NCBI GenBank assembly: GCA_010093705.1
Contig: MU006099.1
Span: forward strand, 682,001-746,000
Direction: 5' to 3'
DNA from: Patellaria atrata CBS 101060
Lineage: Eukaryota
Length of the DNA: 64,000 nt
Position numbers and translations under genes: made by a program. Positions 23,597-35,439 of the stretch are shown piece by piece. The notes beneath the pieces were generated by a model. It searched no databases, had not been told where the DNA came from, and was given only the letters and a program-made list of their open reading frames with translations. How positions within the stretch are numbered: the stretch's first letter is position 1; each line of letters starts with the position of its first letter.

Positions 23597-25367
23597 TTAC
23601 TCATCTTCTCCATGCTTCAAGCAGAAAATGGTCGAAAAGAAACTGGTCCAAGTTTGAGTTGCTGGCTTTTTCTGTGGCTCTTCGAGGTTGAACTCGACCT
23701 TCTTCGAGCTGATATTTTCAGAAATGACTGAGGATTTGTACGACATCTTGGGAGTTGGCGGTTCTGCCGGTCCTTCCTCCATGTAGTTTTCCTGGATGAA
23801 ATTTAGGAATGTATTCACATCGGCCATTGTGCTCATGGCTCCAAGAGAAACTCGTACGACTCCGGTTGGCTTTCCCTTCATGACTTGAGTAGGTTTGCTA
23901 CAACGATGTCCAGCAGCATATGAAGCTTTCATTTCCCAAGGTCTCCAGTCGAGGTAGGTTGCAACTCCACCGGGATTACATAGGCCGCCGCTTCGTACAT
24001 AGATGCCTTGGCTATCTGCGAGCTTTTCGACGTCTGTATAGCCGATCAGGGCCCCATCTGTCCGCGTAACGTTAAAAGCTATTGTAGCACTCTGGGTTTG
24101 AGAATCCCCGTAGATTGCAGCATCATCCTTGTAGACATGTACTACAGGCGAACCGTCGTAATGCTTCAAGTTAGTCACCCTCCGGTAGAGCTCTCGTGCT
24201 AAACAGGTGGTGTGCGCAGATACCTGCTTCATTGAACCGAAGAGCCGCTGGTGAACGTCGATAGCAGCATTCAGGGCAAAGATTGCATGGAACGCCGTCG
24301 TACCATCTTCGAGCTGGTCGTGGAGAGAGCTATCTTTTCTTGCATGCCAGGTATCATTGATTGACACTACCATATCCACAGTGCCACCTCCGAAATACTT
24401 ACGGTGCTGGAACATATGGCTAGCACGTTTGCGGACAATCAGGGCGCCTAGATTGGGAAAGCCAAAGACCTTGTAAAAACTCATGGAGATAAAATCTGGG
24501 GCTTCTTCCTCATTGCTCAAGTCAATCGGACATGTAGTTGCCAATGCTGCAGCATCTAGAAGAGTGTACGTGTCAGGCTTCGACCGACGAATCTTGCCAG
24601 GCCTATGGTTGTTAGCATATGCATGTCAGCACACCTCCACATTTCAATACTCACCAAGACAATGGCAATCGTCGACCAGTCATATTTGATTGGCCTGGAT
24701 ACCCGAATAATGAGATACGCCGGCTAGGGAAACGATCTTTCTCGGCAATCCATTTCTCAACTTCGTCATCGCTCTGGAAACAGCGATGGCGACCGTTTGT
24801 TAATTCCCTCACACCCACAACACTGGTGTGCGCATCACGGTGATAGCCATACCAGAAATTCTTCGAGTTGAACAAAGAGCTCTTACTTGCATCCGCGTAA
24901 TCCCGGAACGCCTCCATGACTAATTTGACGGCGGCAGAGGCATTTGCGACGAACACAAGATCGAAATGCTCAGGATCGGCATTAAAGAAGCGTAGAGTAC
25001 GCTCTCGGACTTCGTCCACCTTGTGGCCAGCAAGTGCGGCGGGAGTCGAGTCTGAGTGAGGATTTCCATACAAGTTTGAAAGAAGATCGGCGGAGAAGTC
25101 GTCAACCAGAGATTTTGCGTAGAGCTGTAAGTTATTCTGATAAGCTACGTTTCCAAGGTAATTGAATTCTCAGAGCATACCGTCGTGCCTCCATGATCAA
25201 GATATGTTTTTCCTGCGATATATGGTCAGCCCCGCTCTCGCGCATGAGTGGTTTCGAAACTCACCTTTGAGCATAGGATACTCTCGCTCTCGAATTTCCT
25301 CCACATGATAGTTATATCCCTCTAGCTCGTCGACCTTGGGCTCTTCCGTCCCCGCAGAGACGTCCAT
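23597..25367 (-). CDS. PLP-dependent aminotransferase class V / molybdenum-cofactor-sulfurase-like protein lacking the C-terminal MOSC domain
   Basis: REREYPMLKGKTYLDHGGTTLYAKS...LYGNPHS, HTSVVGVRE, YPGQSNMTG, LLDAAA, PLP-lysine motif SFYKVFGFPNLGALIV, RSGGLCNPGG and GVVRVSLGAMST. A stop follows about 65 aa later. Confidence 0.88.
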
Positions 25368-26170
25368 AGCTATTACTGTACGCGCTGAAGATTAGCAACA
25401 GTGGAGAGTGTTAATTAAGACAAGTAAGGAGCGGATGGGTGAGGTATTTGGCAACATGTGCCCAGGGAAATAGAGCGGCAGGTGGGCAGTATCAGTTCCG
25501 GATTCAAAGGGATAGGGACCGTGGTCAGTGATGCGCCTGCTGATATATGATAAAGCAGGTACGGGCTGTAATCGAGGGTGATCAGACCTGGATTACGGGA
25601 ATTTTCTATATCGGTGTGGAGAAGAACAGGCGCGTCGCACTTTCGGTCTAGCAGCCGAGAAAAGACGATATGGTGATTATTCTTGCTAAAGCGAGACCCC
25701 TGCCGCCTTTCATGCCATCTGCATTTGGAAAGCATTAGGTGAGCATGGGGGGCTTCTGATATCACATGGGTTTTATTGATATCCGTAAAGACCTCATAAG
25801 AAGCCACGGAAGTTCATCATACTCAGATGGGAAAGGGGGCAAAGCCGTTTGCATGCTTATTCTGGGTATATGGCGTTGTTTAGTGACGAGTAGTTTACTT
25901 GTGAAAAGTGCGAATCTCCTGTAAGAATGCGGGAATGATTTGCGTGGCGTAGATAATCCATGCCTTTGCATATGAACCCCGGCGATTCCCTTGCTTCAGC
26001 TTCTTTTTTGCCTGTGAATTCGAATCTGTTGGCCCTGTCATGCCTGTCTGCCCTTTCAAGGCTCAAAGGGCCCTTTTCACGCCTGTACGGTTCCTGCAAG
26101 CTAAATCCTTGCAATATGGACAGTCGGTAGCGGGAAATGGAGAGATTAGGTTCTTACCTGATCCAACATT

Positions 26171-26204
26171 AGCCTTCATTAGCTTCATTAGCTTCATTAG
26201 CCTT
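26171..26204. repeat. Short tandem repeat (AGCTTCATT) x3 in the divergent intergenic region
   Basis: agccttcatt agcttcatt agcttcatt agcctt seen directly. Confidence 0.8.
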
Positions 26205-27579
26205 CTGCTAGTGGCACACCATCGAAGGTCGCCGACCTCAACTCTCCCTTGAATCCATGAATAGCGCTCTTTCGGGGACCTAAACTTTACTTGCCGTACC
26301 CCGGAAAAAAGAGAAAAAAGAATTGGAGAACGATGGAGATAGCCGTGATACAAAGTGACTTGACATGTTACAACCAACTGCTTACGGCTACCACTCACCC
26401 CAAAGACGACCAAGGGACCCGTTTTACCCAGCGCATCGTGATCATTTCCCCCTTATTTGACCATTTTGCGGGCGAAGTTTCAAGTAGCTGAAATCAGAAT
26501 GTTGTAATTGACACCGTAATTGCCCTGCTCTCTGCAATTATTTCAGGTTTTACTGTAATAATAGTAATCATTCTCTGCGCGGGCGAGAGGCTGTGAGCGT
26601 GTGTGAGAGTCTCACCATATCGCCGGCATGCCTCTTCGAAACCCGTTGTTCTACTTCTAGAACAAATATCCCCTTTTCCCCTCCTTAATCACTGCTTCAA
26701 GGGATTAACCCACTTCCGCGGTCCCTTTTTATTGTGCATTATTTTGATACCATTATTATTTGTGCACTTCCTTTGCAAATCCCCTCCTTTTTAGTTTCCT
26801 TATCCCTTATCTCCTGAGCTACGGGTTATCAGCCCCCTCACGCCTCTGTCTCCAGCCCAATTCCTTGCGCTACATTTTACTTTAGATTTCAGTCTAGCAT
26901 CTGGCTCTCTCTCTCTCTCTCTGAAACATTACGGACGTACCGAACGACCTTGACCCCTCTATCTTAATAACACCAACTACTATTAACTTAAGCAAACTCG
27001 GCTACAGTACGGGCAATACGCTACAACATCGCTAGGCCATCGCCGTTAGCCACTATCATTTTACCTCGAGATCATTCTCTAGTAGTAGTTCACCCATTTT
27101 CCGTCGTCAACCGCTTTCGACATTTAGCAGACGAAACACATAATTTTTTTTCTCTTGGGACCAGTCGTACAGGTACCTTATCTTACTTTGTACCCACCTT
27201 TAGCACAAGTACCGTACAACAACAAGGAGATTATAGAAGAAAGGGAACCCCTACCTTCTTCACTTCGCACCCTCGTTTCCCTCCTTCCGGGTCTGTTACC
27301 CTGTACCCCGCGGCTGTATGCACCTCCGATCTCCTTGGCCGTATGCCTGTAAACAATTAATTTGTCGCACAGCAGCAAGGAAGCAGTGATAAAACCTATC
27401 ACCGTATCACCTCTATCTCCCCTTTGTGGCTAGCTACCGTTTGGCCGTGCCACTTATCTCTCCAACGGGTCCCACGCCTGTAAAAAAAAGTACTAATCAA
27501 CATCATCGCGGCCCATCTTTATAGTTGGACTTGCGTATGCGAGAGAGAAAGCGTTGAGTCGATGAGTTGAGTTGAGTGA

Positions 27580-29850
27580 ATGAGTATGGAAGAACAATTG
27601 TCGGCACAGGATGTCGAGAAGTACAGTGGAGAGTTCGCTCACTTAACAAACGATTGTGTCCGAAGCTTCAGTTGGGAGGGTGTCAATGCTACCGTTCAAG
27701 ATCGACAGACCAAATCGCCAAAGTCAATCCTATCCGATATCAATGGCATCGTCAAAGCTGGTATGATACCTTAAACGCTCTATATTGAATTAATGGCTGA
27801 CCGTATTTAACATTAGGGGAGTTACTTGCCTTGATGGGCCCAAGGTAGATAACCATCCGCACCTTCTACCTTTTGAAACTTGTATCCTAACCCATCCCCA
27901 AAGTGGCTCCGGTAAGACGACGTTGTTGAATATTCTCGCACGACGCGCACCATCCTCGGGCCTGAACGTAAAGGAAACCTTATGTGTCAACGGGACCAAC
28001 GTCTCCTTGGGTCAATTTCGAAAGCTTAGCTCCTACGTCGAACAGGAGGATGCTCTGTTGGGAGCGTTGACCGTTAAGGAAACCCTTTACTTTGCAGCAA
28101 AGCTATCTTTACCTAGGTGTGTTGGCAGTCACGGGGTTCCAGATGTGTAATATTCTAATGATGCATCAGTTCCGTTGGACATCATGAGCGATTGGCAAGA
28201 ATCCAGGATCTACTCGCCTCCTTTGGCCTACAGAAGCAAGCAGACACTTTGATCGGTACTCCTATTCGCAAAGGCATTAGTGGTGGTCAGAAGCGTCGAG
28301 TCAGCTGCGCAAGTCAACTTATCACAAGCCCACGGATTCTCTTTCTCGACGAACCAACAAGTGGATTGGACTCAGCCGCAAGCTATGAAGTTATATCATT
28401 TGTACGAAATATTGCAAAGAGACATAACGTAAGTTACTGTGCTCCCCGTGGCCTATTACTCATGTTAATATCCTTTTTAGCTCCTTGTTATTGCAAGTAT
28501 TCATCAGCCGTCGACTGCAACGTTTGATCTATTTGATAAGCTGCTTCTACTCTCGGAAGGAAAGACCGCTTACAACGGCCCTGTTCCGAAAGTCAGAGAT
28601 TATTTCGATTCTTTGGGATTCACAATGCCCCTTTACACCAATCCAGCCGAGTTTATTATCGATTTGATCAATACGGATTTTTCTAGAGACCAGGAAGTAG
28701 CTCACCAACAGTTGGATCGCATCCAAAATTCATGGAACTTGTCGGAAGCAGCCAGCTCTGTTACAAAGGAGATATCACACGCAAACTCCAGAGCTGATAC
28801 CGCCTCCCAACTAGGCGGCGAGCAAGGGACCGCAAACTCGTTCACCGTATCACTAACCCTAATACATCGTTCATTCCTTAAGAGTTATCGAGATGTGGTC
28901 GCATATGGTATCCGTATAGCCATGTATATGGGTCTTGCTATCATGATGGGTACCGTTTGGTTGCGTCTCTCAACAACTCAGGACAATATACAGTCCTTCA
29001 TCAACGCGATTGTAAGGTTTTAAGTCTAAATGTTGAGATTCAACGCTGACTGTTTTTTTTTTAAAAAAGTTTTTCGGTGGCGCCTTTATGTCTTTCATGG
29101 CTGTGAGTAAACTTTTCTCACCATTATTTGTATAATACTAATTTTCACATTCAGGTAGCATATATTCCTTCCTTCCTTGAGGATCGAAGCTTGTTCATCA
29201 AGGAGCGAGCAAATGGTCTCTATGGTCCTACTTCATTCATGGTTGCAAACTTCGTGACCGGCGTACCATATCTTTGTATGTTTAGCTGTTGCGGATGAAT
29301 CAAGGGCATATACTAACATTTCGGTACAGTTCTCATTACAATGCTCTTTTCCATCACCGCATACTGGCTTTCGAATTTCCGATCTTCAGGGTCTGCGTTT
29401 TTTTATTGGGTCATGTGGCTTTTCCTCGACCTCCTTGCCGCCGAATCTTTGGTAGTGCTCATCTCGAGTCTTGTCCCTATTTTTGTTGTCGCCCTGGCAG
29501 CGGTAGCGTTCGCCAATGGTCTCTGGATGTGCGTTGGCGGTTTCTTAGTACAACCGCAGACACTCAACGTGTTTTGGCGGTACGTGTTCCATTATATCGA
29601 CTATCAGGCCTATGTTTTCCAGGGCATGATGGTCAACGAATTCGCGGAGCGAACATACAGCTGCAGCGATGATTGCCAGTGCATGTATGTTACAGAGCTC
29701 GCGGATCACTGTCGAATTGCGGGTACAGGCGTTTTGAGGAATTACGGATACCGGACGGACAGGATTGGAGAATGGGTCGGCATTCTCATTAGCATCATTC
29801 TAGGCTATAGACTTCTAGGTCTACTAGTCTTGCACCTTCGAAGGACTTGA
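27580..29850 (+). CDS. ABCG (White-like) half-size ABC transporter, NBD-TMD, multi-exon
   Basis: Walker A GPS|GSGKTT (split by intron 27845-27903), Q-loop YVEQED, signature [11 protein letters not shown], Walker [22 protein letters not shown] and an ABC2 membrane domain ([32 protein letters not shown]). Confidence 0.93.
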
Positions 29851-30334
29851 TGTCCTAACAGCTTTTCTATCTATCTCCCTCATACAGTGTCATTTCGGTT
29901 TCTTAAAGCATATCGGTGGAAAAAGCATATTTGGCGCAACATTGCATGGAAGCATCAGTCATAGATTGTATATAATATCCCCTTTTTCGCAAAAGGTACA
30001 ACAAAATCTTGTATGAAAAAGGTTTGATTACCTACTTTGGATCGACCCTTACCTTCTCCTTTCATGCAAATGCCGTTCCGGCCTCGAATCGGGCATGACT
30101 CGGGGCGTTCCCCGCAGTGTTCGGCCAAGCCGTGAAATGACGGCTTTTTGCGGGAGCTCCATCCCCCCCCCCCTCGGCCAACCTCTGCCCACTCTCCCTC
30201 TGCGGCACTTACAATCATGTAGCCATTGACATTTAGCATAGAAGCCTCAATTGTCGAGAAACGTGTCAATGTCGTTGTAAATTCTCTTAAGATATCTTCG
30301 ATGCCCTTTAATTGGGCTCCTTGACCCCTTGATC

Positions 30335-31938
30335 ATGACCGCGGCAATTCGTATAGCCCCCACGAGGGCTGCAAGAGCTCTAAACCTCCTAAGAACGGTC
30401 CAATATGCACATCCACCAAGCTGCCCGTGCCATTCTAATCCCTCACATCAACACCATCATCCGTCGTTGCTCCCCTCAACCCTCAAACATGCTCGACGTT
30501 TAGCTACGCCGGTGGACGTTTCGCAGCAGAAGGAGTATGCCTTCGAGATGGCTGCGTCGAGCATCCGGTTCGGTCCCGGATGCACGAAGGAGGTGGGTAT
30601 GGATTTCAGGAACATGGGTGCGAAAAAGGTGATGGTTGTAACGGATAAGACCGTTAGAAAGCTTGATGCTATGAAGCAGGTTGTTGAGGGGTTGGAGAGG
30701 GAGGGAATTCCGTTTGAGGTTTTCGATGGTGTGAGGGTAGAGCCCAAAGACACATCGTATGTGACTAATAGAGCTCCTGGGATAATAGAGCTTCGTTTTG
30801 ACTGCAATTAGGGTACGGGAAGCTATCGATGTTGCGAAGCCTTATCAACCGGATGCTTTCTTAGCGGTAGGTGGTGGGTCGGTTATTGATACCGCGAAAC
30901 TCATGAATCTTTACACATGTTTTCCAGGTTCGTATCATATCCTGTGTACCGTCGAAAATAGAGTCTTATTGATTTTTTCCTGCAGATGCCGACTTCCTAG
31001 ACTTCGTAAATGCACCGTTGGGGAAAGGAAACCCTATAACTAAACCCCTGAAACCCCTGATAGCCGTACCAACGACTGCTGGTACTGGATCAGAAACTAC
31101 AGGTACGGCGATTTTCGACCTCGTATCAAAACGAGCGAAGACTGGTATCGCACATCGTAACCTCAAACCCACCTTAGGAATATGTGACCCGCTGAACACC
31201 CGTACCATGCCCTCTGCCGTCCACGCCTCGTCCGGCCTCGATGTCCTCTGCCACTCACTTGAATCCTGGACAGCGATTCCTTACCATGAGCGAGTTCCGC
31301 GGCCTAATAATCCGATCAATAGACCTGCGTATCAGGGAGCAAACCCGATATCAGATATTTTCTCCCTTCAGTCACTCCGTAGCACGGTCCAGTATCTCCC
31401 CAGGGCGGTAAAGGATCCAGATGACCACGAGGCTCAAAGTCAGATGCTTCTGGCCGCCACTCTTGCCGGTGTGGGTTTCGGCAATGCGGGTGTACACCTG
31501 TGTCACGGCATGAGCTACCCGATTTCCGGTCAGAACCCCGGTTACAAACACGCGGGCTACGAAGTCGACTCGCCCATCATCCCCCACGGCGTCAGCGTTG
31601 CCGTCACCGCACCCGCCGTCTTCAGGTTCACAGGAGCGTCAAATCCGGAGCGTCATCTTGCGGCCGCTGAGTGCTTCGGAGTCGACGTTAGCCAGGTGAA
31701 GAGGGAAAGCGCCGGTGAGGTCCTGAGTGAAGCACTGGCAGAGTTCCTCGTCAAGCTAGGTGATCAGCCCAGAGGTTTAAAGTATCTGGGTTTTACGAAG
31801 GATCATGTAGATGCCTTGGTGGAGGGTACGATTCCACAGAAAAGAGTTCTTATGTTGGCGCCGAGCTTGGAGTCGACCGATGTCGAGGCGGAACGGGAGC
31901 AGTTAAGGAGCTTGTTCGAGGAAGCGTTGGAGTATTAG
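30335..31938 (+). CDS. Hydroxyacid-oxoacid transhydrogenase (ADHFE1/HOT-like, iron-type ADH family), probably mitochondrial; introns 30757-30811 and 30928-30985
   Basis: KEYAFEMAASSIRFGPG, AVGGGSVIDTAK, PTTAGTGSETTG, GLDVLCHSLES, NRPAYQGANPISD, NAGVHLCHGMSYPI and PHGVSV are characteristic of the HOT subfamily. Confidence 0.93.
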
Positions 31939-32976
31939 GGGCTGAAGGATGTTTATCTTGGTGGGTAGAATCAAGTGTCGTGCCGTTGGATACGGTCCTT
32001 GTTAGCTAAGGGACTATTTTCCCAGCCGGGCCTTACCTGCCCTGCGCATGATGTCCCGAAGGACTCACCGAGTGTATGTAGTAATAAGTCACGATTTGGG
32101 CCTACAAAGCATTCGGCATTAGGGATGTCGCTCAGTCCACAAGAGATTGTAAATGTCTGCAGCGATCTCGTTGCGTAGCCAGGTATCCTGGGAGAGAATA
32201 TCGGTGTCTTTATGAAGATATAACCGGGAATTATAACTGTACCTTAACCTGCTATATTCCCCTACCGCAGGTTTACGCTCCGTAGTCTCTACTGGATGTG
32301 AGTCATCATAACACAGCACAGTCTAAGCTCAAAGCATCGAATGTATACTTCCGTAGATCCAGGCGATTGATTTATTCACGAACGCCCAGCGAGCTCTCAT
32401 GAATTCCCTGTTCGGGAATAGGGGAAACTCGCAACTCCGAGTACCATACAACTTGGCGCATCCAAAGCGGACAAACTAACTATCCGCTGTCCAATATGCG
32501 CAAAAAATGCGAATAGATCAAGTAGAATTCCTGCTGGTGCCTGATCTTCGTGGAAATGGAGTGAGGGCATTGCACGTGTTGCTTCTCCTATTATCCTATA
32601 TAAATGGAAGATTGATTGCTTACAAATAGGAGCAGCTGCCATGCCTTTCTATGGGACGCGAAAAGCGCGACGGAGATAAGTCCTAACGTCCATTCTTTTC
32701 CAGATTGACAGATTGATCCTTTTTCTTTTCACCCTCTGGGCCAGTGTGAGATCATGGGAGGTCAGATAAGATGTCGTTAGGGCGTGTGTGTGGGCCTTAA
32801 TCTTGGATTCCAATCTTTTGAGACCTGGTGGGATTCCTAGATACCTTACTTCTCTTTCACCGTCACTTCCACTACTAGTCGATTTCCATTCGAGGGCGTC
32901 GGACTCGTTTTCCGCTGTACACTTACGTAGACCTTTGGAAGAGACCTCTGTGCGCATCGCGGAATTCCTTGATGAG

Positions 32977-35039
32977 ATGGAGAGTCGGTTCGGTTACCTG
33001 CCTGTGAGGTGCGAGGAAGGCGGTTGGGAGTGTCCACTGTGTAGTAGAAAATTTGGGCAGAGTAAGTCTTTTACGGAGTTCCACCCTCATACCGTCGCAG
33101 TCAATCTTTTCTTCTCTTCTATTATCTTCCTGTCTTTTCCTGTTTCTAGTCATAAATGCAGAAATAGAAAGATGAAGAAGTTATGCCCCGCCCATGTCAA
33201 GGCATCGCCCGGCTTACTGTAAGCTCCTCACTTGGATATCTTCGACTTGTGCTGTACAATGTAGTAAAGTCTCACGAGGAGCAAAACTTAATAGTATAGC
33301 ACTATGTATACCGTAAGCGTACAGTGCCTAAGGGATGTGATGTCGACGCTTGACCAAAGGGTGGGGACAGCTCCTTCATCATACCACCTGATCAGCTCTT
33401 AATTCCGTTCAGCCTCATAAACTGTACATCAAGAAAAGGTCTGTACTAAAAAATATCTCCTAGAATCGTCCTGCGTCCGACATCTCAAACGTTGTAGCCA
33501 AAACACCGCCCCGTTACCACGCCAGAAATCATGCAAGCACTGCGCCAGTGCAAAAACTCGATGCGACTTGCAACGACCGAGTTGTGCGCGATGTATCTCA
33601 AGGAACGTCCGATGTGAATATTTACTCCCACCAGGAGGCAAACATACTCCTGAGCAATACGATAGTTCTAAGCAATATGAACCGCTACGACAACCTCCGG
33701 ACCAACTTCAAAACAATCAAGACTTGAGTGACATATCGTTCAACACGACTCCCATAGACGACACCACTGTATGTCCCTTCATCGACATGATGCCAACACC
33801 TCGTACGCTCTCCCCTCCCTGCGCAACTCTCGACCCAGACCTCACCTTCAACACTCCCTCCGTGGCCGGCTATATCCCGGGTTCCACCTTCACGTTCTTA
33901 CAGAACGAAATCGACGACACTCCGCCCGACTCGACCCATCAAATTATCCCGGACCATGTCTTCGACAGCATGCACGAGCGGTGGCTGATGAACTTCGTGC
34001 CCGGCCACCAAGAGCCTCGGAAGTTATCGGGCAGTCTGCACGGTATGAACCTCGTCTTCCGTATTTTTAAGACCTGGCCAAGGATGCTCGCGAGGAGGGA
34101 GCAAATTCCGCCGTTTATACATGCGAGCCAGATGACGAGCGAGGGCATGAAGTTGCCGCTGGCGAATTGCGTGAGGTTAGCGAAAATGTGGGATGGGGGC
34201 CAGGACGCGCAAACCAGCGTAATGGTGGCCGGGTTTGTGAGGAAAGAGGTCCTGAAGTTATATTCGGAAGTAAGTCGCCAATCCATACCCTGTAGTTCGT
34301 AAATGTTGTGTCTGATTGTGTGTTCTTTTTTTTGTTTTTCCAGCACAAAACCTACGACCCCCAAACTCTCCTCGCAACCATCCAAGCCCTCCTCCTTTAC
34401 ACCATAATCCTCCTTTTCCCTCACCATGGTTCCGGCCCCGCTCCCCTCCCCCCCGACACATTCCTCCAACTGCAACAAGTCTGCATGGCCGTCGGCAAAA
34501 CTGGCCTGCTCCTCCGCAGCGAACGCACCTCCCAACGGCCCGAACAAACCCTCTGGAATGAAGTCGAGGCGCGCCGCCGCACCATCTGCGCCCTCTACAT
34601 GTTCGACTGGGCTTACTGCGTGCTTCAGGGGAGTCCGAAGTTCCAGTGCGAGGAACTGGGCGGAGTGCCAATGCCGGCATCAAAGGCACTGTGGCAGGCG
34701 CGCTCGAGCGAGGAGTGGGAGGGGATATACCTGAAGAGGTTAGCTAGGTGGAAGGGTGCCCCTATGCTCATGGCGGAGTTTACGGAGCTTGGGAGTGAGT
34801 ATCCGGAAGAAAGATTGGAGATGTGGGTTGAGGAGGCGGATGAGTTTGGCATCATTATGACAGCTTTGGGCACATGGTGAGCGTTTTGATTTCTTCTCCT
34901 TGGAAATTTGCACCTGCTTTGCGATCTCCGTGTGGAACTGATCTGACTAAGGGATATACGTAGTTCTGCGACCATACCGAATGTTATAGACGATTCGGAG
35001 CCTTTGGGAGGAGGACGGGGATTTATAGAAATGTGTTAG
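32977..35039 (+). CDS. Transcription factor with an N-terminal C2HC/C2H2-type finger, a Zn(II)2Cys6 domain and a fungal TF C-terminal region; predicted exons 32977-33061, 33464-34269, 34344-34876, 34964-35039
   Basis: RQKSCKHCASAKTRCDLQRPSCARCISRNVRC is a complete six-Cys binuclear cluster. The C-terminal motifs WPRML..PPFIH, EARRRT, PMPASKALWQA and WVEEADEFG are typical of this fungal TF class. The first and last exons are inferred from splice signals. Confidence 0.85.
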
Positions 35040-35439
35040 AGGGAGCTTCAGATCCCCAGTGGATCTGGTGAGATTATACCTCAGTTGATGAGGGTTATGT
35101 GGGGGTTTCAACAGGAAGGAGGTTATCTGAGGGAAGGAAACGTGACGATTAACGACGTGATGAAGTCGGGATCCGATGTCTGTATTTGTACGATATGGCT
35201 CTTATCATCTCCATTCGAACGTATTCGATTTTCTCGGGTCCCATCTATGAGTGTTCGTTAAAGAGAATGCGATGCCCCATCATTGTATTATCGCATCCGT
35301 ATCAGCTGGACCAAGGGGCCTAAATATGATATGTTCCAGCCGCGGAGCCAACCCGCATACATAAGTCAGCATTCGGAGAAACAAGAATAGCGCTGGATCC
35401 CGTCAATTGATCATCTCGGTATCTTATATATCAAAACAT

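Noticed and set aside
33939..34975. Several antisense and alternate-frame ORFs (up to 202 aa) over the TF gene, and similar ones over ECM31, DBF4, SCP160 and the oxidoreductase
   Set aside because: Shadow ORFs caused by GC-rich codon usage on the coding strand.
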